Position numbers and translations under genes: made by a program. DNA of 64,000 nt from Octopus vulgaris (Eukaryota): assembly GCA_951406725.2 (NCBI GenBank), contig OX597818.1, forward strand, positions 102,114,001 to 102,178,000, written 5' to 3'. How positions within the stretch are numbered: position 1 is the first letter of the stretch; each line of letters opens with the position of its first letter. A model generated the notes under the pieces. It had not been told where the DNA came from, made no database searches, and worked only from the letters and a program-made list of their open reading frames with translations. Shown one piece after another: positions 1 to 14,773 of this stretch.

Positions 1-59
1 GTTTAAATGCTTTACGAAGGAAACACACGAAGAAGACATTACTTTCAAATTTTTGTACA

Positions 60-235
60 TGACCAGAAATTTCGGGGACGTATGTAAATCAATTTCATTA
101 GCTCCATTTTACAAAACTGGTATTTCATTTATCGACCCCGAGAGGAATGTAAAATCAAAGTTAATATCGGCCGAATTTGAACTCAGGACATAAAGGCAGA
201 AGAAATGTCGCTAAGTATCGTGCTAGCTATTCAGC
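60..235 (-). mobile_element. Degenerate tRNA-derived SINE, octopus OK-like
   Basis: Diverged reverse complement of the family body GTTCTGAGTTCAAATTCCGCC...CCTTTCGGGGTCGATAAA...TACCAG seen intact at 4357-4869 and 57221-57801. Confidence 0.65.
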
Positions 236-725
236 TTGTCTTACGTTAAGACGATATTAAATACAAAACTGCCTCACGTGAAAATGTTATTATATACAAA
301 GATACCTTACGTGGAGATGATTTTAGATACAAAGTTGACTTACGTGAAGATGATATTATATACAAAGCTACCTTACGTGAAGATGATTGTAAATATAGAT
401 TTGACTTACGTGAAGATGGTGTTAAATACAATAAACAGCTGTCTTACGTGAAGATAATATTAAGTACAAAACTTCCTTACGTGAAAATCATATTAAATAC
501 AAAGCTACATTACGTCAAGATCATATGAAACACAAAGCTACTTTACGTGAAAATGATAATAGATACAATATAAAGCTGCTTTACGTGAGGATTATTTTAA
601 ATACAATACAAATGTGCCTTACGCGAAGGTGATATTAAGAAGAATACAAAGTTGCCTTCCGTGAAAATGATATTCAATACAATACAAAGCTGCCTTACGT
701 GAAGATGATATTAAATACAAAGTGC
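236..725. repeat. Minisatellite, 14 units of 33 or 38 bp, conserved core TTACGTGAA
   Basis: TTACGTG-like core at 241, 274, 307, 340, 373, 406, 444, 477, 510, 543, 581, 619, 657 and 695. Approximate consensus is CTTACGTGAAGATGATATTAAATACAAAGCTGC. Confidence 0.95.
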
Positions 726-739
726 TATTTCCTTCGGAT

Positions 740-945
740 TTTGGCAGAAGGCCAGAAATTTCGGAGAAAGTTTTAATTCAAATACGTCAAATCCAGGACT
801 CAACTGGTATCAGTCTCATCGACGCCGACTGAAATGAGAACCAAAGTCGGCATCGGCTGAATTTGAATTCCGAAGGAATATGCGGACAAAATGTCTCTGT
901 GCATTTTGCTTGCCATGCTAGCAATTTTGCTTCTTTACCGCCTTA
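740..945 (-). mobile_element. Degenerate OK-like SINE
   Basis: caactggtat...atcgac...aaagtcggcatcggctgaatttgaattc matches the family body in reverse. Confidence 0.6.
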
Positions 946-1400
946 TTAAAATACAATGTAATAAAACCCGTTGATTTGGTTCAATATTGGAACCGATCCA
1001 TCGTATCAGCAAACACTTGAGCTAGAATAGCGTGTACCGTTTCATATTATTCTTACTTCATGTATACATTGCAGTATATATAAGTTCAGTAAGTTCTTTT
1101 TACTTTAATCGTTTCAGTCATTGTATTACATTCACGCCGTAGCACAACCTACAAAGCTTTTAGTTGAACAAATTGAGCGTTCCTAATGCGAAATGCTAAA
1201 TTACATAGACTAATTTTGAAGCGAATGAGTTGGGAGATGCACATACATTAGCGTATATATCGGAGTTTGCATATTCATATGCGCACGCATGAATTTCTCT
1301 GTGTGTATATGTCTGTGCATTATGTATGAGTGAGTGTGTGTATAGAGAGGAAAGACATATGGGCTTCCGCGCAGTTTCGGTCTGTCAAATTGTCCCCCAT

Positions 1401-1510
<110 letters not shown>

Positions 1511-3025
1511 TATATAGATAGATAGACAGATAGATAGGTACAGAGAGAGAGAGAGAATGCGAGAGAGAAAGGAAGCAAATGAAAATTCTTCAGTGCGGTT
1601 ATCTCAGTTTATATTCTGTCATATTTCCGCATGGACAGTTTCATCGTTGGATAACAGGGTGATATTTAAGCATTCATAAGTTCCTCCATTATACATCTAA
1701 AGGCCTGGGTGACCACAATCTCCTCTTTCTACGGAAAATAGATCAGTTCAAATTGGAATGCGTTATTGAAAAGCAAAATAAATAAATAAATAAATAAATA
1801 TAGGAATAAATAATATAAAAACGATAATAATGCATAAATAAATAATTGATTCTTGCTTACATGCAAACATCAATAAATCTGAGCGACATGACAATGTTGA
1901 TGAGTGAATCAAAATGATTTGACGAAAAGCAGCGGAACACGTGATCCATTTATTTTCGCTTTCATCATGTTTAACATATTTCATTTTTATTTTGTCTGCA
2001 TCTCATACTACCTGTTGTGAGATCTTCCTGCTGAAAATTAAATTTGCATTTCTAACACTTTGAACTATTTTGTTAGTCTTATGTCTGTTATATTTACACT
2101 TTTGGAATATTGCTGCTCTATTCCGATATTTGATGTTCTAGGACCACTGCTGAGCAGACATAAAACATGCTCTTTTTAATGAGAATGTAAGGGGTATCTG
2201 CTGCTATTACACCGTTAAATTTTCTATTGTGAACTGTCTATTGTGAACGAGGAACATTTATTTAGTGTTAACCCTTGTTGTTTTTTTCGCGTTTTGTACG
2301 GTCGAGAAATACTTAAAAAGCTATGCAGTGAATCATTCTTATGGACATCTCTCGAAAACTACTTATTAGTAAATCAGACTAGGCTATAACTAGGCCAATC
2401 AGATTAGGCGATAACATAATGCACGGCATTCTTGTTATTTAAACTCTATTTAAAGAAAATGAAATAAACACGCCTGTCCAAGGTATAGCGTAATATACAA
2501 CACAATGTTTCAAGTTTAATCGTGCATTTAAGTCTGCTGCCAGCGTGAACATTCATCAAGCGACAAGCATCTCTGTTTCTGTCACTCAGAATTGAAACTC
2601 TCATATGTGTATGTTCAGCACACGGTAATTAGATAGTTGCATCTTCTGGAATCCATAGGTGGTAGTGATGTTACTCTTGAAATATATAAGGTATGAAATA
2701 AAGAAATGTCAGTCAATTAAATGTGACAAGGGAGTGAATATATATTTGTGTGTATATGTGAATATGTCTGAATTAGCGCATAACGAAAGCTGGAGAGAAA
2801 GATAAATAAAATGATTTTTTTTTTAAAAACGCAGAAAAAATAAACTTTCATCGAAGTCCTAAATGAGGATAGAAGTTAAAATTGAATTTCTTACATTAAA
2901 GTCTTATTTATCACGAAACATTTAAATTATGAGATTAAGAAACATCCGATATAAACTGAATAGTAACACACAAACAATCACGTGTGCGCACACTCACGCA
3001 CATGCACGCACACATACACACACAA

Positions 3026-3097
<72 letters not shown>

Positions 3098-3713
3098 GCA
3101 TATATATATATATGTATGTATGTAGGCATCTATGAGAATATATCTATATACATTCTGATGCGTGTGTGTTCGTATGGAGAGAAAGAGGCACGGTGGTAGA
3201 GAGAGACAGAGAGACACGGACAGAGAAAGCGATGGAAGAAATGAAAGAAATATCATTTACAAAAATTTGATCTGGAGGTCACAATATATTCTGAAGAAAA
3301 AAGAAATTAATCATACTAAAATATTTTTGAAATGTTTGTCATCTTGTCACGCATGCTTATCAATGGTAATGATTTTTTAAAATTCTGCACAAGGAATTAT
3401 ATTTTAAGTATTATACGAAATTGAATATTAACGTCCAGATCTCGTGTTCGCATTTGAAATGGACACATATATGAGGGCTTCTTGTTAAATGTATATACTG
3501 TCTAGAGCAAAGATATTAGGTAGAAGTTATCTTAAAACGCCTGTGCACTGCCTCTATACTTGTGGTTTAAGAGTGAATCGAGGGCGTTGGTACTGCAGTG
3601 AACAAAAATATGCAGTTGAAGTAGTCAATATGAAAGTGTGTATATGAATGTTCATTCCATACGATCCAAAGTGATAACTATTGATACGCATGTAACAAAT
3701 GTATGTATGTACA

Positions 3714-3913
3714 AACGCAGAAGTAGCTGTGTGCTAAGTAGCTTGCCGACCAACCACATGGTTCCAGGTTCATTCCCACTGCGTGGAACCTTGGGCAGTT
3801 ATCTTCTACGATAGCCTTGGGTCGCCCAGAGGCTTGTGAGTTGATTTGGTAGACGGAAACTGAAAGAAGAACGTCGAATATATGCATACGTACACACACA
3901 CACACACACACAT

Positions 3914-3953
<40 letters not shown>

Positions 3954-4074
3954 CGCTAGAATAAGTAGTAGGCTTACAAAGAATATGTCCTGGGGCCGAT
4001 TTACTCGACTGAAGGCGGTGCTCCAACATGACCACAGTCAAATGATTGAAACATGTATAAGAGTATAAGAGTAA

Positions 4075-4077
<3 letters not shown>
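3714..4077 (+). mobile_element. tRNA-derived CORE-type SINE, octopus OR-like, with internal microsatellite
   Basis: tRNA-like head, CORE-like CCTTGGGCAG, and AGAGTA tail. Homologous to 10676-11084 and 32100-32528. Confidence 0.85.
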
Positions 4078-4157
<80 letters not shown>

Positions 4158-4356
4158 TGTGTGTGTATATGTGTGTGTACAGACATACATACAAGCTCAT
4201 ATGTATATAATTATATGAAAGAAAACTTACAACAATTGTGTATTTATATTTGTGCGTCACGTAATAATATATAAGCACTTGTAATTTTTATCCACTTACG
4301 TTTGAAAAATCAAATATAAATATTTGGAATATGTTCAATAGTATGCATTTCATGAA

Positions 4357-4869
4357 GGCGGCGTGCTGGCAGAAACGTTAGCACGCCGGGCGAAATGCGT
4401 AGCCGTATTTTGTCTGTCGTTACGTTCTGAGTTCAAATTCCGCCGTGGTTGACTTTGTTACGCACTGGGGTTTATGTAATCGACTTAATCCGTGTGCCTG
4501 TCCTTGTTTGTCCCCTCTATGTTTAGCCCCTTGAGGGTTATAAAGAAACAGGTATTTCCTCTGCCGTTAAGTTCTGAGTTCAAATTCCGCTGAGGTCGAC
4601 TTTGCCTTGGATCCTTTCGGGATCGATAAATAAAGTACCAGCTACACACTGCGGTCGATATAATCGACTTAATCAGTTTGTCTGTCCTTGTTTGTCTCAT
4701 CTGTATTTAGCCCCTTGTGGGTAGTAAAGAAATTGGTATTTCGTCTGTTTGTACGTTCTGAGTTCAAATTCCGCCGATGTCGATTTTGCCTTTCCTCCTT
4801 TCGGAGTCGATAAATTGAGTACCAGTTACGTACCAGCTTCGGCCCTGTGCCTAGAGTAGAAAAGAATAT
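4357..4869 (+). mobile_element. OK-like SINE with internally repeated body
   Basis: GGCGGCG head and three copies of GTTCTGAGTTCAAATTCCG. Flanked by a 12-bp target-site duplication TATGCATTTCAT (4342-4353 and 4870-4881). Confidence 0.9.
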
Positions 4870-7696
4870 TATGCATTTCATTGACAGCTGAGATGACGAG
4901 GATTCACGTTTCACCTATAGACTCAGTCAATTCTTTGACCGAATCTACAGCACAAACCCGAACATGAAATCAATTTGCTCTTCACAAAAATAATATGTCT
5001 CTATATATATTATAGATTCCAGTATAGTCTTCGTAAATATTTTGTGTTTCCACATTTTCATTCGGTTTAATGACAGCACAATTTATGTTCTTACTCACTA
5101 TCTATGAATTATTCTTAGTTTTTTATAGGCAAAATAAGTAATTTTGGATACATTATGTCCCTGGTGGTAAACATTCATAAAGATATATATATGAATATAT
5201 CTACATATACTTCTCTCGCTGTTTTTATTATAATGTCTAACTTAATAGCAATAAGTAACAATTACAATCATATATCCAGCTATGTCAAAACAATTTCAAG
5301 TAATGTTTCCAGTAGAATTTTTGAGAATGATATAAGCATTTAACCTGGTTTTCTCCCTTATATATTTTCAGGTCGGGAAAGAACACCACAGATGGCTTGG
5401 CATGTATTAATATTTTCAAATGCATGTGTTGAAAATTCGACTGAATGCATATAGAGATGCATTTCAATAATACACTGCTTCGGTTTTTACTGTGTATGTA
5501 ATTCTGGAATAAATTAGATTCACACTTGTTTACATGTCTTTAGTCATAAGTTTGAACAGAGAAGATATATTTTTATCGTTTAGGAATATAATTTTAGTTT
5601 GGCACATTTCGCTGTTTGAATAGATTTCGTCTATTCAGCTGAAATCGATAAAGAAATTTAATAAAAGTAACACACTACATTTATTTCGAAAACATTCTAC
5701 ATCGGATATTTCGGTAGGAAATTCTGACGTTTTAAAAATTTATTTACAGTTTAGACATATATTCTTGAATGATATATTTCTTTTAACATAATTCCAGAGG
5801 TCACATAGAAATATACAAGAAACAGTCAAGAAACAAAGAAATTTTCTATAAATGTACCTCATCTTTCTCAGCTTGTTGAATATGCAGAGTAGGATCTTCA
5901 ATGAAAATGATATATTTTCCTTGTTATTATGTTTCAACATTCAACTAAAGTTTAGTCTTCTCTTATAATTTATCAATAGACATACTTAAGTGTACGCACT
6001 TTTATACAAAACAAACCTAAAAACAGACATTCATAAACGTATAAAAGTATGTACTCACACACTCACACATACAGAGATGTATGAATTAACATAAATATGT
6101 ATATTTAACCATACAAGCAGCACCCTTGAAAACTTCACACAAAACAAAACAAAAAAAACCTAAGCATCTGTAAACGAAACTTCATTTAATAACTATCGAA
6201 TAATTATACTCTGGGAAATTGTACCAAATACCGAAAATGTAAGGCACCTTTAAATAATGATGATACTTTTCGTTATTTTCGTGTTCTACTATAAATAACC
6301 ATAGATTTTTATACGATTTAATTTGATATTTTTGATTTCTAACTTCCACACCCCGAGGAGGTTTGAGCGCGGAGGTTTTTTTTCCTTTAACTGATACCAC
6401 CAGTATTGCAGGAGGTTTGAGCATTGATGCATTTCGATTTTAACCGGTACCACCTGTAATCCTTGAGTTCCATCCCTTTTCTGCTAACCAGCTTGAGTGC
6501 TGACTGTAATTGGCAATGTGGGAGAGGGGTTTCTGCGAGAGAGGGCTCGCGACTGGTTCTTCAGTCATGAAAGTGTAATGGGTAATGATAAAGCTTGTTG
6601 GTGTAGTGGTGATGGTAGCTGATGCGGTTGTCTTCCTCGCAGTACTTCAAGGTAGACGATATTTTGTGTGTGTGTCACAGCACGTATTTGGCCTTGTCTG
6701 AGACCCCGATTGAATGCCATAACTCTTTGTTTGATATTCTTCATCGCCCGTGCTCTTGAAAATGCGACACATAATATCTAATATCTTCGTTCACTCAATC
6801 TATCTGTCTAACGTTTTGACCCATCTCCTCCCTCTCTCACTTTGTCTCTCTCTATATATAAGTCTTTCGTCTCCCTCTTCTATGTCTCCTTGCCTGTTAC
6901 CCATCCTCCTGCGTTTAACGCGTTATCAAATGTTTCTCTAACTCCCACACCTCTCCCTCCTCTATGCCTCCTTGCCTCTCACACCTCGTATTGAAGTAAT
7001 GTAAAGTAAAAGCAAGAGCCAATATTTGCTGTGGTTATTCGTCTTTCATATAACAATGTGTCGTTGTATCTTGTGTATCTAGTTTCCCTTCGATGTATGT
7101 ATGTCAAACGGACGACACCTTTATTTCAAGCACCACTCACTCTGTCACTGTTTCTCTTTATATCTCAGTCCCTCTCTGTCCGTCATATAACTCGCTTTGT
7201 AACACACTTCAACTATCGTCTGCATACAGCTTTTATTTCCCATTGTTATTGTACCTTTGCCTTCAACTATAGACAAGTAACGGTAGCACCCACAACTATT
7301 TGCTGAGAGAGGGAGAGCGAGAGGGGGGAGGGAGGGTGTATGTGTTGTTCCTCCTTTGTAAGCTCTCTGCAGGACACGTTATATTTCTCTCTTTTGACGT
7401 ATACCTTTCAAGTAAGTTTCATACACACCACAAGAGCATACTTAGAAAATAAAAAATCAGCATATCAATATTTAGGATATGCACATATATGAATATATCT
7501 ACACAGACCCACACACTCACTCACTCACACAAACACACACTCACAAACATATATAGGTAGATATATATACTCACATTCTCATTTTGAAATTGGTTAATTG
7601 GGTGTTCCATCAAGGAAAGATTTTCTCAAAATGGAGCTACATTTCAACGTGTTGGTTGACGTACGACAAATATATTCATACATACCTTCATACATT

Positions 7697-7782
<86 letters not shown>

Positions 7783-7811
7783 TATATATTCATGTATATA
7801 TATATATATAT

Positions 7812-8016
7812 AGTTAATCCAAACAAGAAAGCACAAAAAACGCAACAACGCGAGGACGTGGAAAAATATAGTATTATTGGACGCTCAGGAAAGAAGGAAA
7901 GAAGGAGGGTTTAACGTTTCAAGCGGAGCTCTCCGTCGGAAACATAGGAAAAGGAAAGATCTAGAGAAGGGATGACAGAGGAAAAAAAATCGCGAACGGT
8001 ACACACGCGGTCACGT
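7812..8016 (-). mobile_element. Short non-autonomous repeat in (TA)n carrying a degenerate minimal hammerhead motif (7909-7943)
   Basis: Minus strand reads gttt CCGACGG a gagc-tcc-gctt GAAA cg TT aaac. The stems pair but the core deviates from CUGANGA. Confidence 0.5.
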
Positions 8017-8694
8017 ATATATTTATATATATAAAGAATATAAAATATAAAATATGTAAAATGAGTCAACAGTATGAATGTATATATTATTACATATTGT
8101 GAAGAACTGGGTAATGCAACCTAAAAATATGAAGGATATCAAATTTAAATGCATTTGTAAAAATAAATATGAAGAAAAAGTTTTAAAATGTTAAAATATC
8201 AAAAGTTTCAGAAGTGGTCGTAAATGATGACACAATACAAAGCCATATGATATACAAGTTATACAAGTCGATATCTATATAAACCGTATGAATAGAAAAA
8301 TCTATATCGTTTTAAATATCGTTTAAGATACTTTACTCGAAAAATCTAGGATGGAAAATAGTTGGTATCACTAAATTAGGAGATATGAACCTATAAAAAC
8401 GTGTTATAAACAGAAAAGAAAAATGTCGAAATGCTGGAAAAAATGAACTATGAAATGTAAGTCGGTCAGTTCGATGGCAGTGGGAAATTCCAGGTTTTTT
8501 AATCTATATCTGTATATATCTCTACATCGACCAAATATTTCGGATCGCGCGTTCAAAGTTGAGTCTTCAATTAAAGATCTTCATAAGATTTATGCCTTTT
8601 CTGGTAAATGAAACTTACACTTCCCTGTTCCGTTTATGTATTGTCTCGATTTTTCAATTTCTTCTCTTTTAATACCCAAGTGTGTCTCGCTAAG

Positions 8695-8880
<186 letters not shown>

Positions 8881-9189
8881 GCGAGCCAGTGTATGTGCCT
8901 GTGTCAGTGTGTATGTATATATATAAAACCTACTTGGAGTGGATGCGTGGCGTTTGATCATATAATAGCAAAATAATAAATAAAACATATGCATATATAC
9001 ATACATATATGTACGTACCTACATCTATATGTATATATACATGCATATATGGGTACAGGACACCAAACAAAAAACGTCGAACACAATGAGAAATATGTGT
9101 GTGGGGGGGTGAGAGAGGTATTTGTGGACATATTAGCTAATTTGATTAAAAATAGATAGACCTACTCTCAGAAAAGAGAAATGTATTTC

Positions 9190-9870
9190 AATAAATTTTT
9201 TGAGCTGCTTCTCTAAAAGATTTCTCATTATATTTTTCCAAGAACCCACCTGCAGTTAAGATGACTACTTCAATTCAAAGCTTGAATTAGGCTACATGCT
9301 CTTTGGTGAGGAATTGCTATGTCTTGATAAATATGTGTTTCATCCATATAACGTTTCACAGCTTTCTTTGGCTACTCAAAATAAACAGTGACGTTAAATT
9401 CCATAACTTGTTGAAAGATGGTAGATGGTATGACATGGCCTTCATTGATTACGATTCCTAAAATTGAGACATTAGGAAGGACGACATAAAAATCTGTATA
9501 ATTTGCTGTTACACTTCGGATGTATGTCGATTTTTCTTTTAAAAAACCTCCTCTGTTTGTTAAGTCTCTTAACCTTGATAACTAACCAAACCAGTTATCA
9601 CAGAACAAATGGTATTGTTATGTCTTTGCAAACATGAGATATCCTCTCGTTATTATACTCGACTTGTATTAAATATCCTCCTGCACAATCATTCTGACCA
9701 TTCACACCAACTTCTAGAGTATTTTGGCGATTGGTTGCATTGAGTTTTCGTGGAACATTATTCATACGTTTGAGAGCCTAGCGAAGAAATTGCTGTCTCC
9801 TAATAGATTCCTGACTTTTGGAATGCATTTCCCTCTTTACTAAGAAATATCACCAGCGTCTTCCCATCCT
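9190..9870 (-). pseudogene. Tc1/mariner (maT/DD37D-like) transposase relic
   Basis: Minus-strand fragments SMQPIAK, VRMIVQEDI*YKSSIITRGYLM and VSILGIVINEGHVIPSTIFQQ resemble maT-type motifs (RIVHEDIRYKS; VMVLGVVSNEGHVMPP). Many stops and frameshifts. Confidence 0.65.
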
Positions 9871-9974
9871 TTCCGAACATTGAGTACAAAATATATTGCA
9901 GCATTTAACAAGTTGGCAATTTCGAAATTGCTGAGTTTGCATACATTTCAGGAATGCTTCATTGTTTTATACAG

Positions 9975-10015
9975 CCTATGTTGTACATATTCATGCACTT
10001 ATAGAATTTTCTTTG

Positions 10016-10107
<92 letters not shown>

Positions 10108-10304
10108 CACTATACAAATATTGTTTGAAAAAACTTTTCTTTTAATTTTACTAAATTAGCATTTTATTTATCATTGGAGACCTGATAGATATCAAGACAA
10201 AAATATTAATTGATTAGAAGAGAGTAATAAACTGATAATTATTTAAGCGCTCTCAAAAATCTTCCTATGTTGTACATATTCATGCACTTATAGAATTTTC
10301 TTTG

Positions 10305-10397
<93 letters not shown>

Positions 10398-10551
10398 CAC
10401 TATACAAATATTGTTTGAAAAAACTTTTCTTTTAATTTTACTAAATTTAATTATTTAATAGTTACAGTTGAAAATGTCTCAAATGACCGAAACCGGTACT
10501 AAAATGTTATTTATAAAATTATTTTAGCATCTTGTATCTTGACTTGTTTTT

Positions 10552-10553
<2 letters not shown>
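9975..10553 (+). mobile_element. Repeat element with ~180-bp direct duplication (9975-10157 / 10264-10447) and a degenerate hammerhead-like motif (10466-10500)
   Basis: Duplicated cctatgttgtacatattc...ttttactaaatt. Motif reads ag TTGAAAA tgtc-tcaaat-gacc GAAA ccgg TA ct. A diverged inverted copy of the 3' part lies at ~36130-36270. Confidence 0.6.
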
Positions 10554-10614
<61 letters not shown>

Positions 10615-10675
10615 TACGTACATGCAAAATGCATAGTGAAGACATTCCAAATGTCCTCTATCTATGTCCACTATA

Positions 10676-11084
10676 GGCGCAGGAGTGGCTGTGTGGTAAG
10701 TAGCTTGCTAACCAACCACATGGTTGTGGGTTCAGTCCCACTGCGTGGCATCTTGGGCAAGTGTCTTCTGCTATAGCCCCATGCCGACCAATGCCTTGTG
10801 AGTGGATTTGGTAGACGGAAACTGAAAGAAGCCTGTCGTATATATGTATATATATGTATATGTGTGTGTTTGTGTGTCTGTGTTTGTCCCCTAGTATTGC
10901 TAAACAACCGATGCTGGTGTGCTTACGTCCCCGTCACTTAGCGGTTCGGCAAAAGTGACTGATAGAATAAGTACTGGGCTTACAAAGAATAAGTCCCGGG
11001 GTCGATTTGCTCGACTAAATGCGGTGCTCCAGCATGGCCGCAGTCAAATGACTGAAACAAGTAAAAGAGTAAAGAGTAAGAGTA
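10676..11084 (+). mobile_element. Full-length OR-like CORE SINE
   Basis: GGCGCAGGAGTGGCTGTGTGG A box, GGTTCAGTCCC B box, CTTGGGCAAGTG core and (AAGAGT)n tail. Near-identical to 32100-32528. Confidence 0.92.
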
Positions 11085-11235
11085 TCTCAGATTCTTATGT
11101 GAATAAGATGACACAAGTTTGGATGTATGCTTAGACATATCAACCACTGGAGAGTCTTGTCTCTTTGTTGGCGACCGGCTTGAACTCTCTCAAGAAGAAG
11201 TGCAATTGAACTAAAAACATCCTACATGCATATAT

Positions 11236-11960
11236 TTTACCAGATTATTTTAAATATTTTTTTACCTGCTTTATTTCGCTTTCGTATCTGGTTTGCACGA
11301 TTCATCATATGAATACGTTAGTTGAAAAGAAATTTGTATCTAGGAAACGTCATTATGCCGATACATACATACTTACATACATACAACTGCTACATTTGGT
11401 TTTATTAAGAAAATGTCTTATTTTCAGTCTGGGTGAGCTTGGACGTCCAGAAAAAGAAATCAAGCTACTAACTCAGACATTACATATACAATCTATAAAC
11501 GGAAGAGAAAAATTATGCAAGACTTTTCTCACGTTTGAAATTCAACATTGTCTTCGCTATGCGTATTCCAACGACGGGGCATCGTACTTTTGTGAGACCT
11601 GTTTCTTCTTCAAAGTAAGAATTTAAATGATTAAAACGAAAAAAAAGAACTTAGATACATGCATGCATATTTAGGTATATACATGCATATATGCTTCTAT
11701 ACGTGCATGATTGCATACATACAGATTACCATAAATACAATACGTCTAAATGGGTCACGTATATAGTGAGAGTTATGTACTGCTTGCCTGTTACACGTTA
11801 TGGTACACAGTCGTTAACAGAAACATTTTACCAGATAATTTTAAATATTTCTTTACTTGCTTTATTTAGTTTTCGTGTCTGGTTTGCAAGATTCTTCATG
11901 TGAATCCGTTCGTTGTAACAATTTTTCTTTTGTATCTAGGCATATCATTATGCCAATATA
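11236..11960 (+). repeat. Two diverged ~130-bp direct repeats (11236-11365, 11826-11960) of the family also at 16730-16960
   Basis: Shared ttttaccagat..ttttaaatattt...ctggtttgca.gattc..cat.tgaat...ttgtatctagg...cattatgcc. Confidence 0.6.
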
Positions 11961-13539
11961 CGTAACGCACACACTGGTTCGATTCCAATCCATTATTACT
12001 AGTGAATTGTTTAAATGCCCGTTTGTTCTGCTTTCGCTTCTCAAAGCTCTTTCGTTGCTAATTTCACTCTTTTCAATGACTATTTAATGAGTGGAATTGA
12101 AACAGTGGCTGTGTTAATTATATTCGCATAATGACTCTCCCTAGACACAATAAAACTTTACTCGATTTATCATATATATTGGGACATTTTCTTTTAAATA
12201 CAATTCACGTGTAACTCTAACAAAATATTAAAGATGAGAATTATATGTAGAATCTTTATCTTTTTGAATACTGTTTTGAGAATCAATAACTATTATTATA
12301 CAACAATATGACGAAATCGAGCTTTGTCATAGACTCGGCAAATGTGATAATGATACGTTGGAATCTATAGGAATATTATGGTGTTAACTATTGATGACGC
12401 AAATGCATTTAAAAAACTCGATTTGATCAGCAAGATATACGAGATATACTGCCACGAAAGTTTAATATAGGCTTCGTTCATATCAAAATAATTCTATTGT
12501 GTTGCGTGCAATAGAATTCATGCAATTAACTGCAGGTGTATGATCAATGTAATAGATGAGATGTAGGAGACAGCTATGAGAAATACAGGATACAAGCATT
12601 CGAATTAGAAGTGTCATATTTTGCTTGCTTTACTAATTATTGTCTCTTGACTGAAAACCTTCGTACTCAGAAATCTTTTATCATCTTCCAATCCATTAAA
12701 AGCGTTTATCTAAGCAAATGCTGAATGGATAGATCAACATGTCAACATATTTTGTGTGAGGCAATACCATCGCGATTAATTGTAATTTTTAAAATATTTG
12801 TAAACTAAATATAGTTAAATCATTATTATTGATTGTTTAATAATTCCCATCACTAATATTTACACGAAATATTAATTATATATATATAAAATTATATTTC
12901 ACTTCCGTCTTTCACCAATTGAAGTTTTCATCGCACAAATTCACATACCATCTGAAAATTGGTAGCTTTTCAAACCATTTTAAATCCTGTTTTATTCAGT
13001 TATGTAAGCATTTAAGTGAATATACGTTCATGGTTCTCTACTATATTGTATTATCGAAAGACAAAATTGTTGAAATCGGAATCTGATAAGCAATTTTCGA
13101 GGAAACACAATCTGCCAAAACTTCATAGAGAATCGATTGTATTGTATTCTCCAACATCTATATGATATTCATATGCATATATAATGTTACATATATTTTG
13201 CACATACGTGCATACTATGTAGAGTAACGGATTTCACAGATTTACTTTAGAATTTCACTTCCCTCTATCACGTTTGCTGAAATGCAAATATTTCAACAAT
13301 AGCAAACCAAAAACGGTAGCTATTTCCTTCATATTCAACATTATATATAATGATTTTGTACATAGTTTTTAAACTCTAATTTGAACTATTGCAATTTTAT
13401 AAGCATTATCCTATTGTAATTTTATAAGCATTATCCTCTTGCCTGCCAAAATATGATTGCACGTATTATTGTATTCCGTGTAAAAATTCTGTTAAATTAT
13501 CCATTATAGAAATATGCAAAAATTCACATTCACATATTA

Positions 13540-14200
13540 CAGGGTGCTGGGGTGGTGTGATTAGGATTTCAAAGATTCTTCAACTATTATATTTTTTTCA
13601 ACTATTTTATTTTCTGTCTTAAATATGAATATCAATGGATCATTAAATGCATAATGATACCAGAATATACGCTGAGTTTTCTCATTTTCATTTAAGCAAT
13701 ATTTCATCTCATTCTTTGAATCTAAGAACGCCATAGGCTATATTGTGAGGAAACATTGTCTATTTCTGTAGTTGAATTGGTTATAAGGTATTATATCAAA
13801 TCCTTTAAAATGTTCGTGGAATTTGAAGGTTAGTTAATGGAAAAGTTGGAAAAATCGGATTTACGGAAAAATTTACGGAAAATAGTTTGAAGAGCTTCTA
13901 ATTTTCAGGTGGTTTGTGGAGATGGATCTTGCAAAATTGTATGCATACGGAAACCGTACATCTACTCGCATCATAAAAACAAAGGCCAGTAGCATGAAAG
14001 ATTTGATTCAAGAAATTAATTTACTAGCTTTCTAACTGAAAGAATCACCGAAGTCTATACAAGGATTTTCAAAGGGCTTATTAAACTTTATATTCAAATT
14101 TAAGGTATTTGAATTATCTTCCCCATGCGGATTGCTTGCCCATGTGCGTTTACTTGTCAAGTAGGATAATGTCGAAGTGGTCATTATCTTTCTTGTGTTT
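13540..14200 (+). mobile_element. Possible very old Tc1/mariner relic
   Basis: CAGGGTG start and scattered weak transposase-like peptides (LMEKLEKS, RKPY). Highly decayed. Confidence 0.25.
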
Positions 14201-14773
14201 GCATAAAAATCTTGAAGGAAATTTACTTAATTATTGCATATATCTTCATAGAATAATTTAAGATTAACTGATATAAATCGTACTTTTTTTGCTTCTTCCT
14301 CCTTCATAAACATTCTGGCATGGGCAATCAGAAGCGTTCATATATGTTACATAAGAAAATGTCCACTGAACCAAATGGTTTGTCCATGGATAATTGTTAT
14401 AAATCAAATCTGCAGGCAATTCACTTACTAAGATTTGTGAATTGACTAAAAGTTAAAATATAGAACATTTCTGTGATGCTAGTTCCCCGCTCATCCAAAG
14501 TTAACGTGTCCTTTGTTATTTACTTACTCACAAAATGAGACACCAGTTCTGGTTGACTGATGAGTAGATACGTTAAAGCTTCCCACTGATAGGCTTTGTC
14601 ATTTTGTTTCAGCTTATTACACAGGGAAGCATAATATCATAACAAGAATAAAGGAATATCTGATTCTCACAAATGTTGGAAAAGAATATCAGAGACTTGA
14701 TGAAGTTAAGGAGGTGGCGCATAATTTTGCATTCGAATTAAAGGAAGATATAAGGGACCGATGAGATATTTGT

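Noticed and set aside
236-725. CRISPR-like periodicity
   Set aside because: The intervening sequences are homologous to each other, there are no cas genes and the context is eukaryotic.
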